From the NCBI GenBank assembly GCA_965215185.1, contig OZ244034.1:512001-576000 (forward strand): a DNA stretch of 64,000 nt, read 5' to 3'. The first letter of the stretch is position 1. Each line of letters opens with the position of its first letter. This DNA is from Acidimicrobiia bacterium (GTDB lineage: Bacteria > Actinomycetota > Acidimicrobiia > Spongiisociales > ZC4RG35). The notes below the pieces were generated by a model, which ran no database searches, was not told where the DNA came from, and was given only the letters and a program-made list of their open reading frames with translations. Position numbers and translations under genes: made by a program. Positions 17,778 to 27,817 of the stretch are shown here, in pieces.

Positions 17778-18956
17778 ATGAACAGGCAACCGACGGTGCT
17801 GATTGTTGGGGCTGGTGTTTTCGGTTTGACCGGTGCGTTGACTTTACGCCGGCGGGGTTACCAGGTATCGGTGATCGACTTCGGGCCGGTACCCCACCCG
17901 ATGGCGGCGTCCAGCGATGTCAGTCGCATGGTGCGCATGGACTATGGAAGTGACCGGATGTACTGTCGGCTGGCGGGAGCAGCCATTGAGGGATGGCATC
18001 GATGGAACGCCCGCTGGGGGCAGGATCTATACCATGAGGTCGGCCTTCTGCTACTCAGCAGCCGACCTTTGGAAGAGGGCGGTTACGAAGGCGACTCCTA
18101 CCGGACCCTCACCGAAGAAGGGCGGCCGCTTCAGAGGTTGCGAGCCGGGGCACTTGCGTCGCGGTTTCCCGGATGGAACCGCGATTACTACATCGATGGT
18201 TACTTCAATCCCCGGGGTGGTTGGGCCGAAGCGGCGGCGGTCATATCCCGGTTGGCTTCGGAGGCGGAGGACAGTGGAATTGCCATTCGGACCGGGGTTG
18301 CAGTCGAATCGGTGCTGAAAAAAGGCGGTCGGGTGGTGGGATTGACCACCGCAGACGGGAAGACTTTGCGGGCTGACCGGGTGGTGGTGGCGGCCGGTGT
18401 GTGGACCTCTACTCTGCTGCCCGAACTGGATGGATTTCTAAGACTGTCGGGCCAGCCGATTCTCTACTTCAGACCGTCTGATCCAGGATTGTTCGCCGCT
18501 GAGCGTTTTCCGCCTTGGGGCACCGATCTGGCCCGTTCGGGTTGGTATGGCTTCCCAGCCACCCGGGAGGGGATAGTCAAAATCGGCAACCACGGCCCCG
18601 GATACGCCGTCTTTCCAGAATCTCCCCGAGTGATTCCGACCGAGGAAGACGAGATAAGTTGCCGGGAGTTCCTGTCTCACTCCCTATCCGAACTGGCTGA
18701 TGCCCCTCTGCATGCGTCGAAAATGTGCATCTACACCGACACCTGGGACGGCAACTTCCTGATCAGCCCCCACCCGGAAGTGAACGGTCTCACAGTAGCC
18801 ACCGGCGGCAGCGGCCACGGCTTCAAATTCGCACCCGTCCTGGGCGGAGTGATCGCCGACGCAGTGGAAGGGATCCCCAACCCCTATCTGGACCGTTTCA
18901 CCTGGAGACCCGTCGGAAACCTGTACTCTGAAGACGCTCGCTACACCGGCAAGTAA
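17778..18956 (+). CDS. FAD-dependent oxidoreductase (sarcosine/fructosyl-amino acid oxidase family)
   Basis: IVGAGVFG, AASSDVSRMVRMDYG, GGSGHGFKFAPVLG. Confidence 0.9.
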   Translation: MNRQPTVLIVGAGVFGLTGALTLRRRGYQVSVIDFGPVPHPMAASSDVSRMVRMDYGSDRMYCRLAGAAIEGWHRWNARWGQDLYHEVGLLLLSSRPLEEGGYEGDSYRTLTEEGRPLQRLRAGALASRFPGWNRDYYIDGYFNPRGGWAEAAAVISRLASEAEDSGIAIRTGVAVESVLKKGGRVVGLTTADGKTLRADRVVVAAGVWTSTLLPELDGFLRLSGQPILYFRPSDPGLFAAERFPPWGTDLARSGWYGFPATREGIVKIGNHGPGYAVFPESPRVIPTEEDEISCREFLSHSLSELADAPLHASKMCIYTDTWDGNFLISPHPEVNGLTVATGGSGHGFKFAPVLGGVIADAVEGIPNPYLDRFTWRPVGNLYSEDARYTGK

Positions 18957-18968
18957 GCGAGCGACGGA

Positions 18969-20326
18969 TTAGTTGTCGGAGGTTTGAACTACCAACTCGT
19001 CGGGTTCATAGCCGAAGGCGCTCAGAAATCTGTGAGCCCGCGGTATTCTCCCTGTGCCGCCGGCATATATCCAGTACTCGCCTACCAGACGCTTTGATTT
19101 CAAAGATCCAAGTTCATCTGGGTCTTTGCTAATTATCCACCTCTTGGTTCCTCGGAAAACCTTCTCGTTGTGTACCCGTTCGGCGAAGTCGTTCGGATGT
19201 CGGGTCTGCAATGCGGCTACCACCGAGGCCAGCATTTCCATGTAGTTCTTGGCACGGATGGATTCTCCGAACAACCAGGCCCCTTTGAGTTTGTAAGGCC
19301 CAGGGGGGGGGAATGGACTTCCAACTCCTTGGGCCTGTGACCGAAGGCGCTCAAGAATAGGTGGGAGCGGGCCACCGCGCGGCTGGCACTCAGGTTGACA
19401 TCGATGAAATATCCCCCAACCTGTCGTTTCTCGTGTGACGGGCTCAGATCCTTTTCGTTTTTGCTTATGTATTGCCAAGTCCTGTTGTGTTTCACAAAGG
19501 GCTCTTTTGATGTTCGTATGGCGAAGTCGTTCGGATGTCGGGTTTGCAACTCAGTAACTACCGAGATCAGAATCTGCCTGTATGTTTTTGTAGGGAGGGG
19601 ATTTTCGAACAGACTTGCCAGGACTGTTGGGGCTGGTGGAGGAGGGGGAGGTGGGGGCCTGCGGTCACGGACGAGGGCCTCTACGACGAGGGGTTTCAAG
19701 AACTCAAGGTGGGGTTTAGTAAGTGGCTTGACCCCGGCTTTCTTGCCAACCAGCCTCAGAAACTCTTGAGATGGGGAGTTCAACTCTTGGTCCACGATCT
19801 CGTTAACCCGAGTTCTATAATGCTCCCGCTGGGCCTGTTCACGAACGGCACTCGGCTGCACACGACTTCTGGTCAATGCCTCAAGATGGTGGATGTCGTT
19901 ATCGGTGAGGTTTCGGATACTGATCTTGCGGTACGGTTCGGAATCCATGACGTTCGTCTTGTCAAGATCGGTGAAGAGCCAGTAGTCGATGCCGTTGGTC
20001 AGGATGGCGGCAGCCGCTTCTGAAAAAGTGAAATATGACCGCAGTTGATTGGTTTCCTTCTGGCTCAGGTTGATGCCGGCCTTCTTGGCTTCTACTGCGA
20101 TTTTGACGTTTGCCTCGCCGGTAAGTACGTAGTCGATTTTTCCACCCAGCTCGGTAGCGACTTCCAGCATGACCTGTTGCGGATGGCTCGGGTCGTATCC
20201 AAGACACCGTAGAAAGGGTTCGATCAGGCTGTTCTTAGTTTGTGCTTCGCTGGTAGCGATTTCGGGAAATGCCTGGAGCCGTTCTCTCGCCCGTGTGGCC
20301 TGTATCTGGATCTCTTCCCGGAACAT
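18969..20326 (-). CDS. HsdR_N-type PD-(D/E)XK nuclease with poly-Pro linker and two tandem SeqA-C-like domains; split by a frameshift at a C9 tract
   Basis: EAQTKNSLIEPFLRCLGYD, KIDY, VEAK, QLRSYF, ILTNG, FTDLDKTNVMD. ORFs 19217..20326 and 18969..19478 join if C9 becomes C10. Confidence 0.8.
19303..19311 (-). repeat. C9 homopolymer (G9 on + strand) at the frameshift site
   Basis: + strand reads CAGGGGGGGGGAATGG. Confidence 0.9.
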
Positions 20327-20391
20327 GAGGCCATTGTAAACAACAGGACAGTATCCCGTTTATCCCGTATAACTCAGGAGCGGAATTTCCT

Positions 20392-21192
20392 CTAACCGGA
20401 TAAGGTGAGGCCCAGCTGGCGGGACATGGCTACCAGGTTTCCTTGGGAGTCCCAGATGTTGCAGTCTTCTTCGAAGGTCCCGTTGAGGAGGTGGCGGGAG
20501 ATCAGGTCAACCGTCAGCCAACCCGGGCACGGGCGAGCGCGGAAGTGGATGGTGAGTTCCAGGGTGGGCGCCCATCCGTAATGGCCGAGTTGGAAGATGG
20601 CGGGTGGGAACCCGTCGGCGATGGTTGGCATACATAGCAGGTCGGGTGGACGGCCATCTGTGAATCGCATCCGACCCCGCGCTTCGGCTTGGCCGGTGGG
20701 TTGATCGGCAGCCCCTCGGGCTATCTCGTGGGGCATTTCGTAATCGAACCTCTTGGTGAAGGTCGTGTCCAGTTTCATGTGAGGACCCCGGTGCATCTCC
20801 GCCTCCTCCGGGAGGTTGGGTGGATGCAGCAACGGTCCGCTGGGCCCGGTGAACCTGGAGAGATCTCCCCAGGTGATCAAAGAGGTAATGCATATCCGGT
20901 CGTTTTGGATGAGGTCAACGGCGGAAACCGAAAGGCTGCGACCTTTCTTGATCACCCGGCTTCGGATGCTCGCCTCGCCGGGCATGGTCCGGCCCACAAA
21001 GTGACTGTTCATCGACAGCGGATCCGGGTGGGGGATATCCTGTCCCGCCGCGATGAGACACAGGGCCATCAGGTATCCGCCGTTGGGGACCCCCTCCACG
21101 TTCCACATGGGGCTGACCATGACGGCCCATGTCCCCTCTCCATGCGGGGTCAAGGCATCGCGGGTGTCTCCGTCGAATATGTAATCGGTCAT
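20392..21192 (-). CDS. TesB-like double hot-dog thioesterase
   Basis: PNGGY, PHPDPLS, KKGRSLS, PTLELTIHFR, SRQL. Confidence 0.88.
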   Translation of the reverse strand: MTDYIFDGDTRDALTPHGEGTWAVMVSPMWNVEGVPNGGYLMALCLIAAGQDIPHPDPLSMNSHFVGRTMPGEASIRSRVIKKGRSLSVSAVDLIQNDRICITSLITWGDLSRFTGPSGPLLHPPNLPEEAEMHRGPHMKLDTTFTKRFDYEMPHEIARGAADQPTGQAEARGRMRFTDGRPPDLLCMPTIADGFPPAIFQLGHYGWAPTLELTIHFRARPCPGWLTVDLISRHLLNGTFEEDCNIWDSQGNLVAMSRQLGLTLSG

Positions 21193-21241
21193 GTCGCGTT
21201 CAGCCAGGTTCGGTTGCCGGATAATGGGGATCCGCCTGCGG

Positions 21242-21688
21242 TCAGCCTAGCCAAAGCTGAACGGTCCAGCCAACTGCCAGGCCGTACCCTCCAGCCACTA
21301 CGTCATCACCGGTGATTCCCCAGCCGCCTGGGAGCCGTTCCGCCCACCTCACACCGGGGAAACCCTTCTTTCGGATGTCTACGATGCGAAACATCACCCA
21401 TCCGGCCACCGCCCCTGCGGGGCCGAGTCCCATTACCGCCAGCGCGGCTCCGGCCGCCTCATCTATCACCACCCACCCGGGATCGTCAGAGAAAGGATGG
21501 GAAGCCCACACCGAGAGTGCCGCAACCAGTGTGGCCAGGATGAGCTGCGTCGGCCAGCCGAAACCCCCGGCCGCCATCGCCGCTGCCAGGCCCACCGCCG
21601 CGCCCAAGGTTCCCGAACCGGAGTCGGATCCTCTCATCTTGCCCAGAAGAAGGCCCAAACCAAACAGAGAGGCGAACCACCTACGCAT
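21242..21688 (-). CDS. pgpA: Phosphatidylglycerophosphatase A
   Basis: SGTLG, DPGWVVIDEAAG, FRIVDIRK, GGWGITGDDVVAG. Confidence 0.85.
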   Translation of the reverse strand: MRRWFASLFGLGLLLGKMRGSDSGSGTLGAAVGLAAAMAAGGFGWPTQLILATLVAALSVWASHPFSDDPGWVVIDEAAGAALAVMGLGPAGAVAGWVMFRIVDIRKKGFPGVRWAERLPGGWGITGDDVVAGGYGLAVGWTVQLWLG

Positions 21689-21783
21689 CAGTCGGAGGTT
21701 ATCGAAGACCACCATCGACGGGAGGGGTACAAAAATGCAAAGTTCGGATAAAAGGCGTGGCGAGCGTGCCAAACTAAAGGCGG

Positions 21784-22698
21784 ATGGAACCCTCACTGTA
21801 TATATGGATGGACGGGAAACTCGTCTCCTGGGATGACGCCACTGTCCATGTGCTTAGCAACGCCCTACATTACGGAACCGGGGTGTTCGAGGGGATCCGG
21901 GCTTACGAGACCAATGATGGGACGGCCGTCTTTCGGCTGACCGAGCACATCGAGCGGCTACACCGTTCTGCCCGGATCTACCGCGTTCCCCTGGAGTGGT
22001 CGGTGGAAGAGTTGGTAGACGCCTGCCGCACGGTAATGAGGGAAAACGGACTGGAGTCGGGTTACATTCGTCCACTGGCGTACTACGGGCTGGGGGCGAT
22101 CGGACTCAACCCGACCGGCGCCACCGCTCATACTGCGATTGCGGCGTGGAGATGGGGGGCTTATCTTGGCGAGGAGGGGGTATTGAATGGAATCAGGGTG
22201 GGAGTGTCCTCCTGGCGTCGGATCAGTCCGGCCGCCTTTGTCCCCGTGGCCAAAGGGTGCGGGCAGTACTTGAACAGTGTGATGGCCAAGATGGAGGCCA
22301 TCAGCAACGGATACGACGAAGCTCTGCTTCTGAACGCCGACGGGAACATCTCTGAGGGCAGCGGAGAGAACGTGTTTGTGGTGCGCGACGGGGTGGTATT
22401 CACTCCTCCGATCTCCTCGGGGATTCTGGATGGCATAACCCGGCACACAGTGATGACTTTGTTCGCTCGAGATGGGATTGATATTCGGGAGGCGACCTTA
22501 ACCCGGGGCGACCTCTTGAATGCTGATGAAGTGTTCTTCACTGGTACGGCAGCCGAAGTGACGCCGGTACGGGAGATCGACAGACGCCCGATTGGGAGCG
22601 GTCGTCCGGGGCTGATCACCCGACGCGCTCAGGAGTTGTTCCAGCGGCTCGTCTCGGGTGGCGATCCGGAGTTGTCGCACTGGCTCGAATATGTGTAA
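21784..22698 (+). CDS. ilvE: Branched-chain amino acid aminotransferase
   Basis: LHYGTGVFEGIRAY, EGSGEN, LDGITR, GTAAEVTPV. Confidence 0.96.
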   Translation: MEPSLYIWMDGKLVSWDDATVHVLSNALHYGTGVFEGIRAYETNDGTAVFRLTEHIERLHRSARIYRVPLEWSVEELVDACRTVMRENGLESGYIRPLAYYGLGAIGLNPTGATAHTAIAAWRWGAYLGEEGVLNGIRVGVSSWRRISPAAFVPVAKGCGQYLNSVMAKMEAISNGYDEALLLNADGNISEGSGENVFVVRDGVVFTPPISSGILDGITRHTVMTLFARDGIDIREATLTRGDLLNADEVFFTGTAAEVTPVREIDRRPIGSGRPGLITRRAQELFQRLVSGGDPELSHWLEYV

Positions 22699-22723
22699 GC
22701 GGTCCGCGTTCGCTTTGGTATAG

Positions 22724-23203
22724 ATGCCTCGCCAACCCAACATTGATCCCCCCGTTCAGGACTTGCCGCGTAGGGTTCTGACCCCCGCGGCCCCGGCGCG
22801 TTGGAGCCCCGACCGACCGGGAATGATTACCGCTCCCCACCAGGTATCGCCCGGTGGCCTGTTCGGGCGGCCCGGCCCCGATGCCGGCTGGGCGCTTCGG
22901 ATTATTCGCCAAGCTGGACTGGCCGCGGTGGAACTGGAGGCGGAGTTGATGCTGGCGACATTGATGTTGGCGCGCGCCTCTATTTTCGGGCGAGCGCCGG
23001 TACCCGAGGACCTGGAGGTTGCGCGGATCCTGATGGGATATGACCGGGAGTCTTCGGCGCCTGTTGCAGCCCGGCGACGCCGCTGGCTCAAGGAAAGCCG
23101 CCATGAGGTGGTCCCCGGAGCCGCCGCTGCCGAGGAGATCGGCGCCGAATGTCTGTCTCTAACGCCGGGGGCCCTGCAGCCTGTGATGGCAGACTTGGAC
23201 TGA
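22724..23203 (+). CDS. Hypothetical protein
   Basis: Co-oriented ORF between ilvE and the FAH gene; PGPDAGWAL and RASIFGRAPV motifs. Confidence 0.6.
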   Translation: MPRQPNIDPPVQDLPRRVLTPAAPARWSPDRPGMITAPHQVSPGGLFGRPGPDAGWALRIIRQAGLAAVELEAELMLATLMLARASIFGRAPVPEDLEVARILMGYDRESSAPVAARRRRWLKESRHEVVPGAAAAEEIGAECLSLTPGALQPVMADLD

Positions 23204-23210
23204 GTTCTCC

Positions 23211-23963
23211 TTGGCAAAGATTGTTAGGTTTCGTTACGGCGATCAGATTGCTTACGGCGTGGCAGAGACAGGGGGTGTCACCTTGTACGAGGGATCTCCT
23301 TTCGTGGTCTGGGAGCCGACCGAGATCATGTTGGGCTGGGGAGAGATAAAGGTGCTGGCGCCGGTCCTGCCCACCAAGGTGGTGGGTGTTGAGCGCAATC
23401 ACTGTGAGCCCGATGATTACTCGCCCCACCATCCCTATATCTATTTGAAACCAACTACCTCGGTGGTTGGCCCTGGAGCGGGGGTGGCTATGCCACCGGC
23501 GGCATCGGGAGTGATTTACGAGGCAGAGTTGGCGGTGATTATGGGGAGAGTTGCTCGCCACATACGGGTGGAGGATGCCGGGGCTTATATCTTCGGCTAC
23601 GCGGCTGTCAACGATGTGAGCGTCCCAGAACTACTCGGGAGCCCCGAACACGTGACCCGTGCCAAGGGATTCGATACTTTCTGCCCACTGGGACCCGTGA
23701 TTGAGACCGAATTCGATCCCCTCGAGCAGCACACGGTGGAATGTCTGATCGATGGCGACCTAAGACAGTCGGCTTTGACTTCCGAAATGATTTTTGGGCC
23801 CGGAGAACTCGTCTCTTATATTTCCTCGATGATGACACTGCTTCCCGGGGATGTGATTCTCACCGGTACCACCGCTGGAAAGGATGTTGCTTACCCGGGC
23901 GAGGTGATGGAAGTGCGAATTGAGGGAGTGGGAACGCTGGTGAACCCGGTGATGAGAGGATGA
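23211..23963 (+). CDS. Fumarylacetoacetate hydrolase family protein
   Basis: YEAELAVIMG, NDVS, RAKGFDTFCPLGP, LLPGDVILTGT; usual position upstream of gltX. Confidence 0.9.
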   Translation: MAKIVRFRYGDQIAYGVAETGGVTLYEGSPFVVWEPTEIMLGWGEIKVLAPVLPTKVVGVERNHCEPDDYSPHHPYIYLKPTTSVVGPGAGVAMPPAASGVIYEAELAVIMGRVARHIRVEDAGAYIFGYAAVNDVSVPELLGSPEHVTRAKGFDTFCPLGPVIETEFDPLEQHTVECLIDGDLRQSALTSEMIFGPGELVSYISSMMTLLPGDVILTGTTAGKDVAYPGEVMEVRIEGVGTLVNPVMRG

Positions 23964-25417
23964 CTCCCCGGCTGCGGGTGGCGCCCTCTCCGACTGGGCT
24001 TCTTCATGTGGGGACTGCCCGCGCTGCCTTGTTTAACTGGTTGTACGCCCGCCGCCATGGGGGTGTATTCATCGTCAGGGTGGATGACACGGACCAACAG
24101 CGCTCCAGATCAGAATTCGAGGAGGCGATTCTGGAGGGCCTCCGCTGGTTGGGGCTTGATTGGGATGAAGGGGTGGAGGTGGGTGGCTCGCACGGCGCCT
24201 ATCGCCAAAGCGGCCGTTTTGAACGCTACCGAGAGGTGGCGGCTCTGTTAGTCGATAGCGGCGCCGCCTACCCGTGCTTCTGCAGTCCCGAAGCGCTTGC
24301 CGAGCGGCGAATAGAAGCACAGAAGGCAAGCCGTCCACCGGGATATGACGGACGGTGCCGATCGATGGAGGCCGGACAGGCTGGGCGCCGTGTACAGGCG
24401 GGGGAGACCCATGTGGTGCGCTTCGCGATGCCCCGGCCGGGGGTTACGGTGGTAAACGACCTGGTGAGAGGAGAGGTGCGTTTTGATCACAGGGTGATTG
24501 ACGACTTCGTGATTCTGCGCAGCGACGGGTCTCCCACCTACCATCTCGCTTCCACGGTTGACGACGTGGACTATGAGATCACCCATGTCGCTCGCGGGGA
24601 GGATATTCTGCCCTCCACACCCAAGCATATTCAGATCACCCGGGCGCTGTCCGCCCCAGAACCCGTCTACGCCCATCTTCCTCTGCTTCATGGGCAGGAC
24701 GGGCGCAAGCTCTCCAAGCGTCACGGCGCCACCGATCTGGGGGAGTATCGCCAGCAGGGATTCCTTCCAGAGGCGCTATTCAATTATTTGGCGCTGCTGG
24801 GGTGGTCGATCGGTCCGGAGTCGACCATCTTCAGCCGGCAAGAGGCGGTGGCCTCCTTCGATCTGGCGGCTGTCTCTTCCAGCCCGGCGGTGTTCGATCC
24901 GGTGAAACTGGAGTGGATGAACGGCGAGTACATCCGCAACCACATTTCGACTGCCGAGTTCTCGGAACGAGCCCGTCCTTACGTGGAGGAATATCTGGGG
25001 GTTTCTCTATCCGATGTGGCGTGGGAGCGAGTTGTCCCGGTGCTTCCCCTCGTCCAGGAAAGAGTCAAGCTCCTGTCGCAGGTGGGTCCACAACTTTCAT
25101 TTCTTCTAACCCCGCAGATCGAGTACGAACCAGGGTCATGGCGCAAAGTGATGAAGCCCAAGGTGGTGGAAGGCGTGCTGCTCGAGGCGACCTCCGCTTT
25201 GAGGGATGTGGGGGAGTGGCGAACCGAGACGATCGAGCAGACATTGCGGGCGCTGGTAATCCGTTTGGAGATCAGTGCCGGACGGGTGTTTCAGCCGATT
25301 CGGGTGGCGGCCACCGGGTCTTCGATCAGCCCCCCTCTCTTCGAGTCCCTGGCGGCACTGGGGCGAGAGACTACCCTGCAAAGATTGAGGGATGCTCGTG
25401 AGAGGCTTTCTCTCTGA
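23960..25417 (+). CDS. gltX: Glutamate--tRNA ligase
   Basis: APSPTGLLHVG, KLSKR. Confidence 0.96.
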   Translation: MTPRLRVAPSPTGLLHVGTARAALFNWLYARRHGGVFIVRVDDTDQQRSRSEFEEAILEGLRWLGLDWDEGVEVGGSHGAYRQSGRFERYREVAALLVDSGAAYPCFCSPEALAERRIEAQKASRPPGYDGRCRSMEAGQAGRRVQAGETHVVRFAMPRPGVTVVNDLVRGEVRFDHRVIDDFVILRSDGSPTYHLASTVDDVDYEITHVARGEDILPSTPKHIQITRALSAPEPVYAHLPLLHGQDGRKLSKRHGATDLGEYRQQGFLPEALFNYLALLGWSIGPESTIFSRQEAVASFDLAAVSSSPAVFDPVKLEWMNGEYIRNHISTAEFSERARPYVEEYLGVSLSDVAWERVVPVLPLVQERVKLLSQVGPQLSFLLTPQIEYEPGSWRKVMKPKVVEGVLLEATSALRDVGEWRTETIEQTLRALVIRLEISAGRVFQPIRVAATGSSISPPLFESLAALGRETTLQRLRDARERLSL

Positions 25418-25501
25418 GTTGAGGGAGACGGGTGGGAAAGTGACAGGTCTGTACTCATATACCATTAATCAATTGACAGCAGCCAAAAAGGGGATATTTC
25501 C

Positions 25502-26488
25502 ATGAGCCGACCGCAACGGGTGACTGTAACGGGCGCCGCCGGACAGATCGGATACAGTTTGTTGTTCAGGATTGCCGCTGGAGAGATGCTCGGGCCGGAT
25601 CAGCCGGTGATCCTTCAACTCCTGGAGATCGTGCCGGGTTTTCCAGCTCTGGAGGGTGTGGCTATGGAACTGGAAGACTGTGCATTTCCTTTGTTGAAGG
25701 GGATGGTTTTGACCACCGATGTCGAGCAGGCCTTCGCCGACACCGATGTGGCTTTGCTGGTGGGCGCCATGCCGCGTCGGGCGCATATGAAGAGAGCCGA
25801 CCTTCTGGAGGCCAACGGACGGATATTCTCAGAGCAAGGCCGGGCCATTTCCGAGGGTGCTGATCCCGGTGTAAAGGTGCTGGTGGTGGGAAATCCGGCC
25901 AACACCAACGCCTACATCACGGCCGCCAACGCCAAGAACATCGATCCTTCCCAGATCACCGCCATGACCCGCCTGGATCACAACCGAGCTATCGCCAAGG
26001 TGGCGAACAAGGTGGGTCAGCCCTTCAATGTGGTCAAGAAGATGAGTGTATGGGGGAACCATTCAGCCACCCAGTATCCCGATCTCTTTCATGCCGAGAT
26101 CGGAGGGAGAAACGCCTATCAGGTGGTAGGCGACCATGACTGGGTGGAGAACAATTTCATTCCCACCGTGGCTGGGAGGGGGACAGCCATCATCAAAGCG
26201 AGAGGCAAGTCCTCCGCCGCCTCGGCGGCCAACGCCGCGGTGAGTCACATACATGATTGGGCGCTGGGCACCCCCGCGGACGACTGGGTGAGTATGGCGG
26301 TAATCTCAGATGGATCCTATGGGGTGCCGGAGGGTCTGTGCGCCTCTTTTCCCTGCGTAGCCCAGGATGGAAAATGGGAGATCGTGCAAGATTTGGAGCA
26401 TGACCAATTCTCCCAGGAAAGAATCGACCTGTCGATAGCTGAACTGGTCAGAGAGCGCGACGCCGTTATTGGAATGGGGTTCGTATAA
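25502..26488 (+). CDS. mdh: Malate dehydrogenase
   Basis: [33 protein letters not shown]. Confidence 0.97.
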   Translation: MSRPQRVTVTGAAGQIGYSLLFRIAAGEMLGPDQPVILQLLEIVPGFPALEGVAMELEDCAFPLLKGMVLTTDVEQAFADTDVALLVGAMPRRAHMKRADLLEANGRIFSEQGRAISEGADPGVKVLVVGNPANTNAYITAANAKNIDPSQITAMTRLDHNRAIAKVANKVGQPFNVVKKMSVWGNHSATQYPDLFHAEIGGRNAYQVVGDHDWVENNFIPTVAGRGTAIIKARGKSSAASAANAAVSHIHDWALGTPADDWVSMAVISDGSYGVPEGLCASFPCVAQDGKWEIVQDLEHDQFSQERIDLSIAELVRERDAVIGMGFV

Positions 26489-26535
26489 CCCAGCGCCGGT
26501 TGAGATGAAGTTGTGGCCTCGGGTGCCGGCCGCCG

Positions 26536-26922
26536 CTAGTACTGGACCTCTATGTTGGCCACCGCCGCCAGCCACTCTTCCACTCCTCGGCGATGGACCA
26601 TCAGCTTGGCAAGATTGCCTGACACCTTGATTTTGCCGGTTATGAAGGCGGCCTGCACGTTCAGGTCTCCCCTCATGATGGCCGACGCGACTTCATAGTT
26701 CTGGCTGATGGTGATATCGAGATCGTCCCGCATGCCCAGGGAGATGGTGACGGCCTGAGGGGTGATCACCAGGTTGTAGCCGGTGTTGCCAAACGGCGCG
26801 TCGAGCACGTTGAACTGAATGCCCATGTCCACGCCCCGGACGGCTTCCTGGAACCCTTGATGGTTCTCCAACGCAGTGGTTATTTCGGCCAGCCATTCGG
26901 GGCTTAGGAATTTCACTGCCAT
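26536..26922 (-). CDS. SCP2 sterol-binding domain protein
   Basis: FLSPEW; AAFITGKIKVSGNLAKLM. Confidence 0.88.
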   Translation of the reverse strand: MAVKFLSPEWLAEITTALENHQGFQEAVRGVDMGIQFNVLDAPFGNTGYNLVITPQAVTISLGMRDDLDITISQNYEVASAIMRGDLNVQAAFITGKIKVSGNLAKLMVHRRGVEEWLAAVANIEVQY

Positions 26923-26987
26923 GACGGGTTTCCTTGCGATGAGTGCATGGGCAAGAGGCTAGTGGCAGGGTGGTCTTATGCCGACCA

Positions 26988-27563
26988 TTAGAGGATGGTG
27001 AGGCGGTTGTTGTCGATCGACTCGACGATGGCTGCCGACACGACTTCCCAACCATGGCTCTCCAACAGGGAGCGTCCTCCGGTGAAGGTCTTTTCGATTA
27101 CGAATCCGAATCCCGTCAACCGGTTGCCCGCCTCTTCGATCATGGATCCGAGCGCCTCAGCGGTGCGCCCTCGTGACAAGAAGTCGTCCACGACCGCGAC
27201 GTCCCTGCCCGTCCCGAACAGCTCCTTGCGGATGGTTATCCAAGTCGTGCCGCCCTTGGTGGGGGAGCTGATTTGCCGGAGGATGTGCAATTCGGGATCC
27301 AGCCGGCGGCTTTGCTTCTTGGCGTAGATAAGGTCCACTCCCGCTGCCTTGGCAGTTGCGAATGCGGCCGGAATGCCCGATGCTTCGGCTGTGATCACCA
27401 AGTCGAAATCTCCGAGGCGGCCTGCCAGCCATTCCCCTACCGTGGTCAAAAGCTGCGGGTCGGTCCGGTGATTCAAGAAGCTGTCCACGATCACCAATTG
27501 GGACTCGGCCCTCCCTTCTTCCAGGATTCTTTTTCGCAACTCTTCCAAACCGATGTCCTTCAC
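26988..27563 (-). CDS. xpt: Xanthine phosphoribosyltransferase
   Basis: VDSFLNH, TAEASGI, VVDDFL, VIEK. Confidence 0.88.
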   Translation of the reverse strand: MKDIGLEELRKRILEEGRAESQLVIVDSFLNHRTDPQLLTTVGEWLAGRLGDFDLVITAEASGIPAAFATAKAAGVDLIYAKKQSRRLDPELHILRQISSPTKGGTTWITIRKELFGTGRDVAVVDDFLSRGRTAEALGSMIEEAGNRLTGFGFVIEKTFTGGRSLLESHGWEVVSAAIVESIDNNRLTIL

Positions 27564-27817
27564 CTCGAGGTAGCTTCACTCTGAGGTTAGGCGATTGGAA
27601 ACTGCTCCAAGGCGGCGAAGTCGAGGTCGATACCATGTCCGGGTGGCTCCGGCGCTGGGGCCCAACCTGGCTCGACAACCATCGGATGCCTGAGAAGCGA
27701 TCAAGCGCGAAGCCGTGAACCAAGCCGCAGAGAGCAGCGGCGGTAAATCGTCAGATCGCAGTTGGTTAGAAATTGCGTTGGTCACGCCTTCCATACCAGT
27801 GGTACAGGCTGTGTCCT

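Noticed and set aside
27570-27815. Purine riboswitch, or the 72-aa ORF, upstream of xpt
   Set aside because: Only a superficial GCGTG…ACGCAATTTCTA resemblance; no P3 loop (CCGTAAA) or P1 closure. The ORF has no recognisable features.
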